Shown here: piece by piece, positions 1 through 10,226 of the stretch
Position numbering within the stretch: the first letter of the stretch is position 1
Layout: every line of letters begins with the position of its first letter
Origin: Methanotrichaceae archaeon
GTDB lineage: Archaea; Halobacteriota; Methanosarcinia; Methanotrichales; Methanotrichaceae
Assembly: GCA_963813075.1 (NCBI GenBank)
Contig: CAWEXU010000010.1
Coordinates: 1-64,000, forward strand
DNA length: 64,000 nt
Direction: 5' to 3'
The notes under the pieces: model-generated
What the model saw: only the letters and a program-made list of their open reading frames with translations
Told to the model about the DNA's origin: nothing
Databases searched by the model: none
Position numbers and translations under genes: made by a program

Positions 1-3000
1 CCTGGAAATACTGCCTTTTGCCGCCCTCATCTCTCCAGGCGGCATGCAGGGGTAGAAGCGAGAGCAGACCGGTCGGGATAAGAAAAGCTTGCTCGGGCTT
101 GAGCGGTTTCAGAGCTGAATAGATCGGCTCTGCCACCTCCTGCCAGAGCTGGCCTGTAACCGCCTCAATGGCATCAAACCATCTGTCTTTAGCTCGCAGA
201 TATTCTTCCGCTTCTATCTTGTCCTCGATCAGCTTCTGTCGTGCCTCCTGCCAGCCGCCATAGGCTTCAAACCAGGTCTTGACATGTTCTTGCAGTCGCT
301 CTTCCGAGAAGCCATCCAGAGAGACGGTCTCAAGGAGACATCGCCAGAAGATTGATGGATGATCAGAGCCAACCCGCCCCCTGGAGCGGCAGCGATCTCG
401 AGCCACGGCTGGCCCTCGATCACAGCCGCCTCGATCTCCTCCCATCCCGGCACCGCCAGGAAGCTCTCGTAGCCTGGGATGCTTCGAATACCATCCACCG
501 CCTCGTCCAGACTGGCTCTGGCCTGCGTCATCAAATCGCGCAAGGGTGGCAGGGTCTCAGGTGACTCTTCTTTCCTCTCCTGGGACTCCAGGTTCTGCAA
601 TTCCTGCACCGCCTGGCTGTAGAGTTCATATGCCTCGAGATCCTTCTCCTCAATCCTCTCCAGGTCTGCTCGATCCCGAGCGAGCACATCACCCAGTCCC
701 CGCACCGGCCCCGCTCCATGGCTACTGCTGCTTCCTTCAATTTGTTAGATTTAGCCAGGGCGTATCCCGCCCGCCGGTAGAGGTCACTGGTCTCAGCTAA
801 CTCCGCCTCCCTGCTGGCTTGAAATATGGATGCTCTGTAAAGCTCCTCAGCAGCTTTCATCGCGGTGGAGTAGGTTTTTTCGGCTTCTGAGAAGCGCTGG
901 GAATCCAGGAAGAGATTGCCCAGCGAGTAAGCAGTTCCTCGACATCTGCTCGGAAAATCTCTTGCTGTAAAGACCATCATGGCCTGCTGGCAGTGCTCGA
1001 TCGCCTGCTCGATGTTCTCTGCCCGGTCGCCCCGTATGCGGTTGTTATAGGCAGCGGCCAGGTTTACCTTGGTCTTTGCCCAGTCTGCCGGGAAGGCCTT
1101 CTCCGTCCTAACTTTCAGGGCCTGCCCATAATGCAAGATAGACTGCTCGATGTTGTCCGTCCTGTCGCCTTTTATGCGGTCGTTGTAGGCAGCGGCCAGG
1201 TTGTTCTCTGTCATGGCCCAACTTACTGGAAAATTCTCATATGTGTAAATCATCCGAGCCTGATAGTAGAACTCGATGGACTTCTGATGTTGTCAGCCCT
1301 ATCGCCCAGGAATCCGTTGGCTATAGGCGTTTGCCAGGTTGATCTGGGTCATGGCCCACCGTTTCGGGAAGTTTTCCCGAGTATGAACCTTCAACGCCAG
1401 TTCGCTATGATTGATGGCACGCTCGATGTTATCGGCTCTATCGCCCAGAATGCGGTGGTTATAGACTAAGCTTAGGTTGTTCTGGATTACTGCCCAATCA
1501 TTTGGGAAAGCCTTCTGAGTTATAACCTTTAGGGCCAAATTGAAGTGCTCGATAGCTATCTCAATATTATCGATTCGGTCACCCCTTATGCGGTCTTTGT
1601 AGGCAAGGCCCAGGTTGTTCTGGGTTGCAGCCCAATTATCCGGAAAGTCCTCTTCCTTATGAATTTTAAGAGCCTGACAATAGTGATTGATTGCTGCGTT
1701 CAATGTTGTCTGCTCTATTGCCTTGGATACGATTACTGTAGGCGGCTGCCAATTTATTCTGAGTAAATGCCCAATCATCTGGAAAGTCTCTCTCCGTCCT
1801 CACCTTTATGGACTGATGATAGTGCTCGATCGCCTGCTCGATGTTCTCTGTCCTGTCGCCGCGTATGCGGTCGCTGTAGGCGTTTGCCAGGTTGTTCTGG
1901 GTCATGGCCCACTGTTCCGGGAAGTCGTTCTGGGTGTAGACCTTCCAGGGCCTGCCCACAGTGCCAGATCGCTAGCTCAATGTTTTCCGCCCTATCGCCC
2001 CGTATGCGGTTGTTGTAGGCATTGGCCAGGTTGTTCTCGGTCATGGCCCATTGTTCCGGGAAGGTTGTTCTGGGTGTTAGACCTTCAGGGCCTGCCCACA
2101 GTGCCAGATCGCTAGCTCAATGTTTTCCGCCCTATCGCCCCGTATGCGGTTGTTGTAGGCATTGGCCAGGTTGTTCTGGGTCATGGCCCACTGGTTCTGG
2201 GAAGGTTGTTCTGGGTGTAGACCTTCAGGGCCAGGCTGGTAGTGCTCGATCGCCTGCTCGATGTTCTCTGCCCTGTCGCCGCGTATGCGGTTGTTGCAGG
2301 CGTCGGCCAGGTTGCTCTGGGTCATGGCCCACTGTTCCGGGAAGTCGTTCTGGGTGTTAGACCTTCAGGGCCAGGCTGGTAGTGCTCGATCGCCTGCTCG
2401 ATGTTCTCTGGCCCTGTCGCCCCGTATGCGGTTGTTGTAGGCGCGGACAGGTTGTTCTGGGTCATGGCCCACTGTTCTGGGAAGCGTTCTTGATTGTATG
2501 ACCTTCAGAGCCAGACGGTAGTGCTCGTCGCCTTCTCGATGTTGTCCGCCCTGTCGCCCCGGATGCGGTTGTTGTATGCGTTGGCCAGATTGTTCTGGGT
2601 CGCTGGCCCATTCTCTGGGAAGTCTTTCTTGCGTGTAGATCTTATCGCTTGACGATAGTGCTCGATCGCCTTCTCGATGTTATCAGCTCTGTCGCCCCGT
2701 ATACGGTCGTTGTAAGCGTTTGCCAGGTTGTTCTGGGTCATGGCCCACTGTTCCGGGAAGTCGTTCTGGGTGTGACCTTCAGCGCCATATTGCAGTGCTC
2801 GATTGCCTTCTCGATGTTATTGGCTCTGTCGCCCCGGATGCGGTTGTTGTATGCGATGGCCAGGTTGCTCTGGTTAGATGCCCAAAGAAGTCCTTCTTGT
2901 GTGTAGATCTTCAGCGCCAGATTGTAGTGCTCGATGGCCTTCTCTATGTTATCGGATCTGTTGCCTCGGATACGATTGGTGTAGGTGGCCCAGGTTGTTC

Positions 3001-3480
3001 TGGGTCATGGCCCAACATTTCCAAGAGTTTTTCTCTATGCATACATTTAGAGCCTGATTGCAGTAATCAATGGCTTGTTCGATGTTGTCGGCTTCTGTTG
3101 CCCTTGATTCGGTTGGTAAATGCTAGAGCTAGAATTGCTGCAGTATTGGCCTTCTTGGGAGGTCCTTCTCGCGTACGACCTTTGAAGCCTCAAGATAGTG
3201 TATGATCGCCTGCTCGATGTTGTCGGCTATGTTTCCGAGGGGAGATCGTTGCCAAACCATTTCCAATCCGTTCTGCAGCTCTGCCCAGAGGGTGGATTCT
3301 GCTGGCGAGGGACGAGTTCCAGCGCCTGTAGGCAGAGCTTGATACGTCGAGGTGCATCGCTTGGACGAGCCTGTCGAGAAAGCCTCTTGAAGTACAGTTT
3401 TAAGCTCGGAGACTTACCGAATCGAGACGGATCGGCTTTGTTGCCTTTGAGCCAAACAACCTGTCAGAGATGCCCTTGAT
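1..3480 (-). CDS. TPR-repeat + CHAT (caspase-like) domain protein; multiply frameshifted, runs off the left edge, start uncertain
   Basis: Many ~46-aa repeats WAMTQNNLANAYNxRIRGDRAENIEQAIEHY across ORF fragments 531-2741; positions 1-90 read AFLIPTGLLSLLPLHAAW on the minus strand, typical of CHAT domains. Confidence 0.85.
960..3230 (-). repeat. ~138-nt tandem coding repeats (TPR units)
   Basis: Near-identical units, e.g. ~1941-2060 vs ~2081-2200 and ~2221-2345 vs ~2361-2480. Confidence 0.85.
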
Positions 3481-3641
3481 ACTCCCTCGCCTGATTTTAC
3501 CCAAGAATGTTCACGCCATCTTAGCATCCGTTCATTCTTGATTTGACATAGACTGTGCCTGAACCAGTCCTTACAAGCTACTTCCTCCCCCGAAACCCTA
3601 GGGATCGATTATCCCTTTTCCAACCGGTTAGGGAAGCACTC

Positions 3642-4346
3642 CTATGTCCAGATTTGAATATTGGATAGATTTTGCGAGTGATGCATTCTTATCCTAGGGA
3701 TCACGACCTGAACTGTCTGAGCTCTGTCCATCTGAGCAGGATGAGCCGAGCCCGCCAGCCAGACGATGGATATCGATGTGGCGGCTAGAGCTGCCACGAA
3801 GAGGACCGAGCCGATCTTGAGCCGTCGGCTCTTCTTTCGGCTGACATCCACTAGTGACCTTCTCGATATCGGTGGGACTGTTCTTGTGAAACCTGAGGCG
3901 GTCAGGGAAATAGACGTAGGCAAGACAGCTTATGCAAAGGAGCCAGAGGAGGATGGGTGTGCAGATCACCGCCCAGGAAAGAGGGTCGGAAGCCCTCTCA
4001 TTGAATTTGAAGAGAGCCAGAGCACCAGTGTAGACCGTCAGAAGGGATGAGCCCAATGTCAGAAAAGATTTGGCGGCCTCGTCCAAAACCTTGGGTGACT
4101 CCTGGATCATCACCCGGCCATACTTCAGCCAATCCAGGTCCTCTTCATACGGCTCCTCGCCCTGAATAGGCATATCAGCCCTCTGAAGATGGGACAATAT
4201 TCTGTTGGCATAACTGCAGTGCGGGCATCTCTCGATGATTACCATCTGGCCGGGGGATTTGAAGGCCTCTACCTCCATTTCCATCCGTCTCACAGACAAA
4301 CTCTTCCCGCACTTCTCTTCTTGCAGATAACGGAAATTTTTGCCAC
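3642..4346 (-). CDS. Zn-ribbon + 3-TM membrane protein (frameshifted)
   Basis: GGAGG then GTG at 4346 gives VAKISVICKK..CGK...CPHC; hydrophobic segments in ORFs 3694-4434 and 3642-3923. Confidence 0.55.
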
Positions 4347-4566
4347 TTCTGAGCCTCCCTCCTGCTTGATCATAATGTATAATCCTGAACTGATCAGGGT
4401 TTCGGTGAACAGGGATTTGAGGGCACAATACCATAGATCTCCAAAAGTTGGCGCACTGGGCTTTCAGGGCGAGCTAGAAATCGAGCTGATGGTAGCCGGG
4501 GCGATTCGAGGCTGAATCGATATCGATCTCACAAAGGTCTTTAGCTTTCAAGAGCGATCTAATACC

Positions 4567-4761
4567 ATGAACTTCGAAGTCGTCCTTCAGGAGGCCGAAG
4601 AGGGTGGCTACATAGTGAGCTGCCCGGCGCTTCCTGGATGCCACTCTCAGGGAGATGATGTAGAGGAAGCCAAAAAGAACATCAAAGAGGCAATAGTAGG
4701 CTGTCTGGAATCCCTGGCCATGAGAGAACAAAGCAATAGAGGCATAAAATTTATTCTATAA
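4567..4761 (+). CDS. hicB: HicB-family antitoxin
   Basis: EEGGYIVSCPALPGCHSQGDDVEEAKKNIKEAI motif. Confidence 0.85.
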   Translation: MNFEVVLQEAEEGGYIVSCPALPGCHSQGDDVEEAKKNIKEAIVGCLESLAMREQSNRGIKFIL

Positions 4762-4775
4762 GGCCTGATATACTC

Positions 4776-5102
4776 TTGATGATCGATGATTCGAGCATCG
4801 GAGTATCCGTGGACGACATAAGGACATTTGAGAACCTGAAACTGATCTCCGAGATATCTCCTGTAAAAGACAGGATCCGGTCGTTCGAGAATAAACACGG
4901 CTGCAATATTGCTGCCTTCGAGGCAAGACTCAAGCAGCTTCCAGAGGATTTCGAACTCTGGGACGATTTTATCGAGTGGAAGGCCTATGAAGACCGCCTG
5001 AAGGATCTGGAATCAAAGCTCAAAAAAGATGAAATGATCCTGGAAAATCCCCAGACTACCTGTGCGCAAAGTAAGCCACTATCGGCTCCCCGATCTTGTT
5101 GA
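4776..5102 (+). CDS. hypothetical protein
   Basis: 108-aa ORF 14 nt after hicB; EDFELWDDFIEWKAY segment. Confidence 0.6.
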   Translation: MMIDDSSIGVSVDDIRTFENLKLISEISPVKDRIRSFENKHGCNIAAFEARLKQLPEDFELWDDFIEWKAYEDRLKDLESKLKKDEMILENPQTTCAQSKPLSAPRSC

Positions 5103-6736
5103 CCCGCACAAATCCGTATCTTTCGAACTGCACGACTTTGCCCAGCTCCTCGGCAATTCCCGCTTCTCCCAGGCCCTCGTCCATGCCATCGGGCTTCATC
5201 ACCTGCACTGCAACCCCGTCCGACGGGCGCCCAGTGAATGATCCTGGTCCTCTTGCCCATATCCTTGCCCAGGAACCTGGCCTTCGCCGGCTCCAGGCTC
5301 GTGATCTCCACATTGCACAGATCCTTGAGCCGGATGTTCTCCCCCACCTTGGAGCTTTCTAGATCGCTCCTGCAGATGAAGAGCTTATTCCCCGCAGGAA
5401 TCTCCCGGAATCCCCGCTCGTCAGTGGGATGCAGGGGCGCTTGCGCCATCAGGGGCACATCGCCCTCTATCTCCAGCTCCACCGGCTCCCAGACGAAGAA
5501 GCGGCGGTTGGCCTCCGGGTCGACCAATTTGCGGTTCTCGGCATAAATCGAGTCCATGCTCAGGCTGATGTCCGTCTCGCCGACGCCTAGATCGATCATG
5601 AACTTTCGCAAGGCCTCTGGCCGGATTCCCCGGCAGCGCATCGCCCGCACTGTGGGCACGCGTGGGTCGTCCCAGCCCGAATACTCTCCCGCCTCAATCG
5701 CCTTTCTCAGCTTGCTGGTCGAGAAGGAGCCGAACTGATGAATCTTGACCCTGCCCCAGTGAATCACCCGCGGGTACTCCCACCCCAGGTAAGAGTAAAG
5801 ATACCTCTGTCTGCTTCCGCTGTCGGTCAGATCCTTGCCCCGGATGATGTGGGTGGTGCCCAGCAGGTGGTCCTCCACCGCCGACTCGAAGTCGAGCAGC
5901 GGCCAGACCCGGTACTTGTCCCCCACCAGCGGATGGGGGGCGGTGACGATCCTGAAGGCCGGCCAGTCCCGAATCGCTGGGTCCTTGTGGTGCATATCGG
6001 TCTTCACCCGCAGGACCGCCTCGCCCTCTTTCAGGCTGCCGTCCAGCATCTTTTTCCAGAGATCCAGGTTCTCCTCGATGCTCTGGGCCCGATCAATGCA
6101 CTCTATTCCCTTCTCCTTGTGCTCCTTGAAGGCCGCCTGGGGACAGCGGCAGACATAAGCCCCGCCCCGGCGGATCAGCTCCTCGGCAATGGGATAGTAC
6201 TGCTCAATTCTCTCGCTGGCGACAATCACCTGATCCGGATGGGCGCCCAGCCACTCGCAGTCCTCTAAATACCAGCCATAGGCCTCGGGCATGGGCCTTT
6301 TTTTCACGGGATCGGTATCATCAAAGCGGATGATGAACTTGCCACCATACTTTTTCACATACTCCGAGTTGACGATGATGCCCCGCGCGCTGCCTAAGGT
6401 AGGCGGGCCGTTGGGATTGGGGGCAAAGCGCATCACCACCCCTTTCTCTGCTCCATCCAGATCGGGCAGCCCTTTGTCGGGCTCCTTTTTCTCTGAGAGC
6501 TGCACCAGTAGCTCGGGAGCTATCTCCTCCAGCCTCCTCTTCCACTCCTCGGGGCTGGTCTTCTCCACCTCGGCCAGCACTTCAGCCACCAGAGGCGAGA
6601 CCTCCTTTGCCCGGCTGCGAAGCTCCGGACGCTCGCCCATGAGCTTGCCCATAACCGCCCCGGCATTGGGGGCGGCATTGTACTTCACCGCGTTCTGCAG
6701 CGCATATTTCTCGATGAGCTCTCTTATCTCTTCCAT
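5056..6736 (-). CDS. gltX: glutamyl-tRNA synthetase (frameshift ~5220)
   Basis: RFAPNPNGPPTLGSARG, RFDDTDP, FSTSK; C-terminus VQFERYGFVR lies in the 5056-5313 frame. Confidence 0.95.
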
Positions 6737-6838
6737 TGAATACCTCTCCCAGGGGGCAAACCCAGGGCAGCTTTGGCCCCGGCGAATCGCCTCTGCCATT
6801 TCTCAAGGTCAGAGAGGGCAGATCTTTTTCGCTCTACA

Positions 6839-7267
6839 TTAATTTGATGCACAAATCCCCAGACTCTCCGCCAGGTGAAGGGCATCGCTGATGATCCGGT
6901 CATGGTCGAAGGCAAGCTTTGGCAGCTTTTCTGTGGGGAAGACCTCTGCAGACCGGGCGTCCGAGCCGGATTGGAGCCGGCCACTGCCCCGAGCGAGAAA
7001 GGCGGCTGAGACCACGTGGCCCCTGGGATCGCGGGCGGGATCGGAGTACACGCCCACCAGGCCCAGCAGGTCGATATCCAGCCCCGTCTCCTCCTTCGCC
7101 TCCCTTATCGCCGCCTCTTCGACCGTCTCTCCCCTCTCCACAAATCCACCCGGCAACGCATAGCAGCCCTGATAGGGCGGGTTGTTCCTTCTTATCAGCA
7201 CAATCCCCTCCTGGAATTGTATGACCGCATCCGCAGCCAGAAGTGGGGTTTTAATGTCTCTATTCAT
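6839..7267 (-). CDS. NUDIX hydrolase
   Basis: Nudix box GGFVERGETVEEAAIREAKEETGL. Confidence 0.95.
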   Translation of the reverse strand: MNRDIKTPLLAADAVIQFQEGIVLIRRNNPPYQGCYALPGGFVERGETVEEAAIREAKEETGLDIDLLGLVGVYSDPARDPRGHVVSAAFLARGSGRLQSGSDARSAEVFPTEKLPKLAFDHDRIISDALHLAESLGICASN

Positions 7268-7500
7268 CTCAATTCCTCTGACTATTCTGGTATGCCATTC
7301 TTGCTATCGCTCAGATACACAACTATACCACAACCATACCACAACCAAAAGCCTTATCTACGTCTGAAGCCGGGGTGATATACGGCAAAGGTCGATTATA
7401 ATAAAGATCCCTCCCTACCCTACATCCAATCGGCCTTCGTCCATCTTTTTCTATTCTTCAGCAAGAGTCTGAAATAAGAGGTTTACCTACATTTGTTCCC

Positions 7501-8130
7501 ATGCCATCTTATGTCCTGAAGCTGGGGGGCAGCCTCATCGATACCTCCCGAGATCTGATGCGCGCCCTGATCTCCCTCGCGGATGAGGAGGACTCCAGCT
7601 ATCTGGTGGTGCCTGGGGGAGGGCCGTTTGCCGATCTGATCCGGGAGGTCTCTGCCAAAATGGGCCTCGGCGATGAGGCCGCCCACTGGATGGCGGTTCT
7701 GGCAATGGAGCAGTACGCATATCTCCTGGCCGATGGGACCGGAGCCCGTCTCACCACCCGAGTTCGCATTCCAGAGAAGCGGCAGGTGTCCGTTCTCCTT
7801 CCCTACCAGGCCCTGACCGAAGAGGACTTTTGCCCGGAGCACTCCTGGGACTATACCTCTGACTCCATAGCTCTGCTGGTGGCATCGAGGCTGGGCTTGC
7901 CGCTGATCAAGGCCACGGATGTCGATGGGGTGATAATTGAGGGCGAGGTGGCAGAGGAGCTTTCCGCTCGCCTGCTACTGGGAAGAGAAAGCTGCATCGA
8001 TCAGGGCACCATCAGGCTTCTACTGGGGGATCTTGCGGGAATGAGGGTCTGGGTGACAAACGGCAGCGATCCGGTCGCATTTGCAAAAGCTCTGAGAAGC
8101 GGAAAGGGGGGCACAATCATCAATGGATAA
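7501..8130 (+). CDS. amino-acid-kinase family protein (MfnE-like, methanofuran biosynthesis)
   Basis: VLKLGGSL, VPGGGPFAD, HSWDYTSDSIA, KATDVDG. Confidence 0.8.
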   Translation: MPSYVLKLGGSLIDTSRDLMRALISLADEEDSSYLVVPGGGPFADLIREVSAKMGLGDEAAHWMAVLAMEQYAYLLADGTGARLTTRVRIPEKRQVSVLLPYQALTEEDFCPEHSWDYTSDSIALLVASRLGLPLIKATDVDGVIIEGEVAEELSARLLLGRESCIDQGTIRLLLGDLAGMRVWVTNGSDPVAFAKALRSGKGGTIING

Positions 8131-8201
8131 GTAGTCCTCTTATCCTGTTGACCGATGGGAAGGTTTATACAGTGAAATAGGTCTACCAGGAAGGAGATAA
8201 T

Positions 8202-8372
8202 ATGAAGGAAGAACTGCCAGAGAGATGCATATCATGTGGCATTACGCTGACCGGCGTGGGCGGAGCCAGGTTTCCCTGTCCAAGCTGCGGAACCGTGATT
8301 GCCAGATGCAATCGATGTAAAAAACAGAGCAATGTTTATACCTGCAAGTCCTGTGCCTTTGTAGGGCCGTGA
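8202..8372 (+). CDS. small double Zn-finger protein (DUF1610/HVO_2753-like), 56 aa; absent from the ORF track
   Basis: Translated by hand: MKEELPERCISCG...FPCPSCG..IARCNRCKKQSNVYTCKSCAFVGP; GGAG RBS; this family typically precedes EF-1beta. Confidence 0.9.
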   Translation: MKEELPERCISCGITLTGVGGARFPCPSCGTVIARCNRCKKQSNVYTCKSCAFVGP

Positions 8373-8381
8373 GGTGGAAGA

Positions 8382-8651
8382 ATGGGAGACGCAGCAGTAA
8401 GAATGAAGGTAATGCCTGAGAGCACAGATGTGGACCTGGAAAAGCTGGCTGAGGAGATAAGGAAGGCCGTGCCAAGCTTCGCCAGAATGCATGCCATCGA
8501 GGAGAAACCAATTGCATTTGGCCTCAAGGCTCTGATCGTTGTAACCATCATGGATGACAAGGGCGGACGCAGCCCGGATGAGATCGAGGAATCTGTGAGG
8601 AAACTGCCCGGCGTAGAGTCCGTGGAAGTGGAAGAGGTCGGTCTGATCTAA
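8382..8651 (+). CDS. ef1b: translation elongation factor 1-beta
   Basis: KVMPESTDVDLEKL...PIAFGLKAL...GVESVEV. Confidence 0.95.
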   Translation: MGDAAVRMKVMPESTDVDLEKLAEEIRKAVPSFARMHAIEEKPIAFGLKALIVVTIMDDKGGRSPDEIEESVRKLPGVESVEVEEVGLI

Positions 8652-8682
8652 ACCACCTCTCTCGTTTTAAAAAGGATAGTTG

Positions 8683-8754
8683 GGGCTTGTAGATCAGTGG
8701 TAGATCGCCGCCTTCGCAAGGCGGAGGCCACGGGTTCAAATCCCGTCAAGTCCA
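8683..8754 (+). tRNA. tRNA-Ala(CGC)
   Basis: Acceptor GGGCTTG/CAAGTCC with G3:U70 and A73; anticodon arm CCGCC-TTCGCAA-GGCGG; T-loop GGTTCAAATCC. Confidence 0.97.
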
Positions 8755-8867
8755 TCCAAGAGCAAATTACTTAAATTTTAGTGATCAATCAGTTGCCAAT
8801 GTCACCGGCCATTTTAAGCGCGGAAAAGTCCAGAAAGCATTCCATCCTTGCCAGCCATGGCTCGCGA

Positions 8868-9035
8868 ATGGGTGGCAAAGATATCATAGAGCTGGAGCTA
8901 GTCGCTGCCAAGGAGATCCTGGCCGAGGTCTTTGGAATAACAATAGCCGAGGCCGAGGAGATGATCAAGCAGCGAAGCCGGGATAGAACCCTCTGGCCGG
9001 AGAAGTTTGCAGATAATGATATATCATTGCAGTAA
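8868..9035 (+). CDS. small hypothetical protein
   Basis: MGGKDIIELELVAAKEILAEVFG...; start chosen inside ORF 8781-9035. Confidence 0.55.
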   Translation: MGGKDIIELELVAAKEILAEVFGITIAEAEEMIKQRSRDRTLWPEKFADNDISLQ

Positions 9036-9049
9036 GAGAGTATGGCTCA

Positions 9050-9460
9050 ATGGGAACGCTGACAAGATTTGTTAAATTGGCAATTAGTGCCGCACTGGCA
9101 AATAAGGCGGTCAGAGGAGCACTATCAAGTGGTCTGGCCAGGTCGATGAGATGGTTCATGAAGCCCTCAACCAGGGCAAAGGCGGAGTCCTATGTATCCG
9201 GCGCATCAAAAGCAAGTCCTGGAGCAAGGTCCAGTCCTATTGCTACCCTGTTAGAGGCCGCGATCGGCCTCATGCTCTGGAGATATAAAAAGATCCGCTG
9301 GGTTGCCGAATTGCTGGCATTCTCCGGCCTGGGAGCGCTTCTGCTGGATATGCTCGGGAAAAAAAAGGGCAACAGGGGAGATCAGAGCAGCAGGAAAAGC
9401 AGCCAGGGTGGCCGGGTCATAGATGTGGATGAGTACGATGTGATCGAAGAGGACCGGTAG
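9050..9460 (+). CDS. hypothetical membrane protein
   Basis: 136-aa ORF with two hydrophobic stretches and acidic tail IDVDEYDVIE. Confidence 0.65.
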   Translation: MGTLTRFVKLAISAALANKAVRGALSSGLARSMRWFMKPSTRAKAESYVSGASKASPGARSSPIATLLEAAIGLMLWRYKKIRWVAELLAFSGLGALLLDMLGKKKGNRGDQSSRKSSQGGRVIDVDEYDVIEEDR

Positions 9461-9542
9461 CAGTTAGTAATTAAATCAATTAAGCATAGAATACGCAAAT
9501 AATATGCAAAGAATATGCAAAAATCCGTCCATCCTCGTTTCC

Positions 9543-10094
9543 ATGACCCATAAGGCTGTAGAATTGGTAGCAGAGCTGATGGCCCTCTCTGCCCGCACTG
9601 CCCCCAAAGGCAAAGGCCAGGACTCAATTTTGATCAGAGTGGTAGCGGGCGAAGAGCTGCAGGAGCTTTCGCGAGAGCTTGACCGTCTGGGCCAGGCCCG
9701 GGGCATAAAGTTCTACCTGAGGGACGCCAAAAATCTGGAAGAGAGCGACGCCTGCGTCCTGATTGCTGCCAGATCTAAAGATCACGCCGGCCTGAACTGC
9801 GGTGGGTGCGGTTTTTCCAGCTGCCAGGATATGATCGAGGCACAGAGTCGATTTCAGGAGACCGAGCAGAATCTGCCCTTTCACGGTCCAAACTGCGTCA
9901 TCAAGATGGCGGACCTGGGCATCGCCCTGGGCTCTGCGGCCAAGACCGCCAGCCTGCACAACGTCGACAACCGGATAATGTTCACTGCCGGTGTGGCAGC
10001 TCTTTCCCTGGGCTGGATGGAGGGCTGCCTTGTGGCCTATGGCATTCCCCTGAAAGCCTCGGGAAAGAGTATCTACTTCGACCGGCGGGCATAA
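9543..10094 (+). CDS. DUF2148 ferredoxin-domain protein
   Basis: ARTAPKGKG, LNCGGCGFSSC, DLGIALGSAAK, VDNRIM. Confidence 0.85.
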   Translation: MTHKAVELVAELMALSARTAPKGKGQDSILIRVVAGEELQELSRELDRLGQARGIKFYLRDAKNLEESDACVLIAARSKDHAGLNCGGCGFSSCQDMIEAQSRFQETEQNLPFHGPNCVIKMADLGIALGSAAKTASLHNVDNRIMFTAGVAALSLGWMEGCLVAYGIPLKASGKSIYFDRRA

Positions 10095-10226
10095 GGCCGC
10101 TCGTGTGGACGCTGTCTGGTGCATTGATCTGAAATCCCATACCGCGGGCATTGTGCTGTTTGTCAATGCTCCTTTGACGGTCTTGCAGCGACCTGGTGGG
10201 AAGCCTTCGAGATTAGAGGTGATATC

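Noticed and set aside
1941..2480. Diversity-generating retroelement TR/VR pair
   Set aside because: Repeats are tandem coding units with no adenine-specific mismatch pattern evident and no reverse transcriptase in the window
8683..9460. Integrated element at tRNA-Ala or tRNA-Arg
   Set aside because: No integrase and no duplicated tRNA 3' end seen
10125..10210. FMN riboswitch
   Set aside because: Only fragmentary resemblance (TGAAATCCC.ACC, CTGGTG.GAAGCC); the conserved 5' AGGGC and 3' AGTCCGGATG elements are missing
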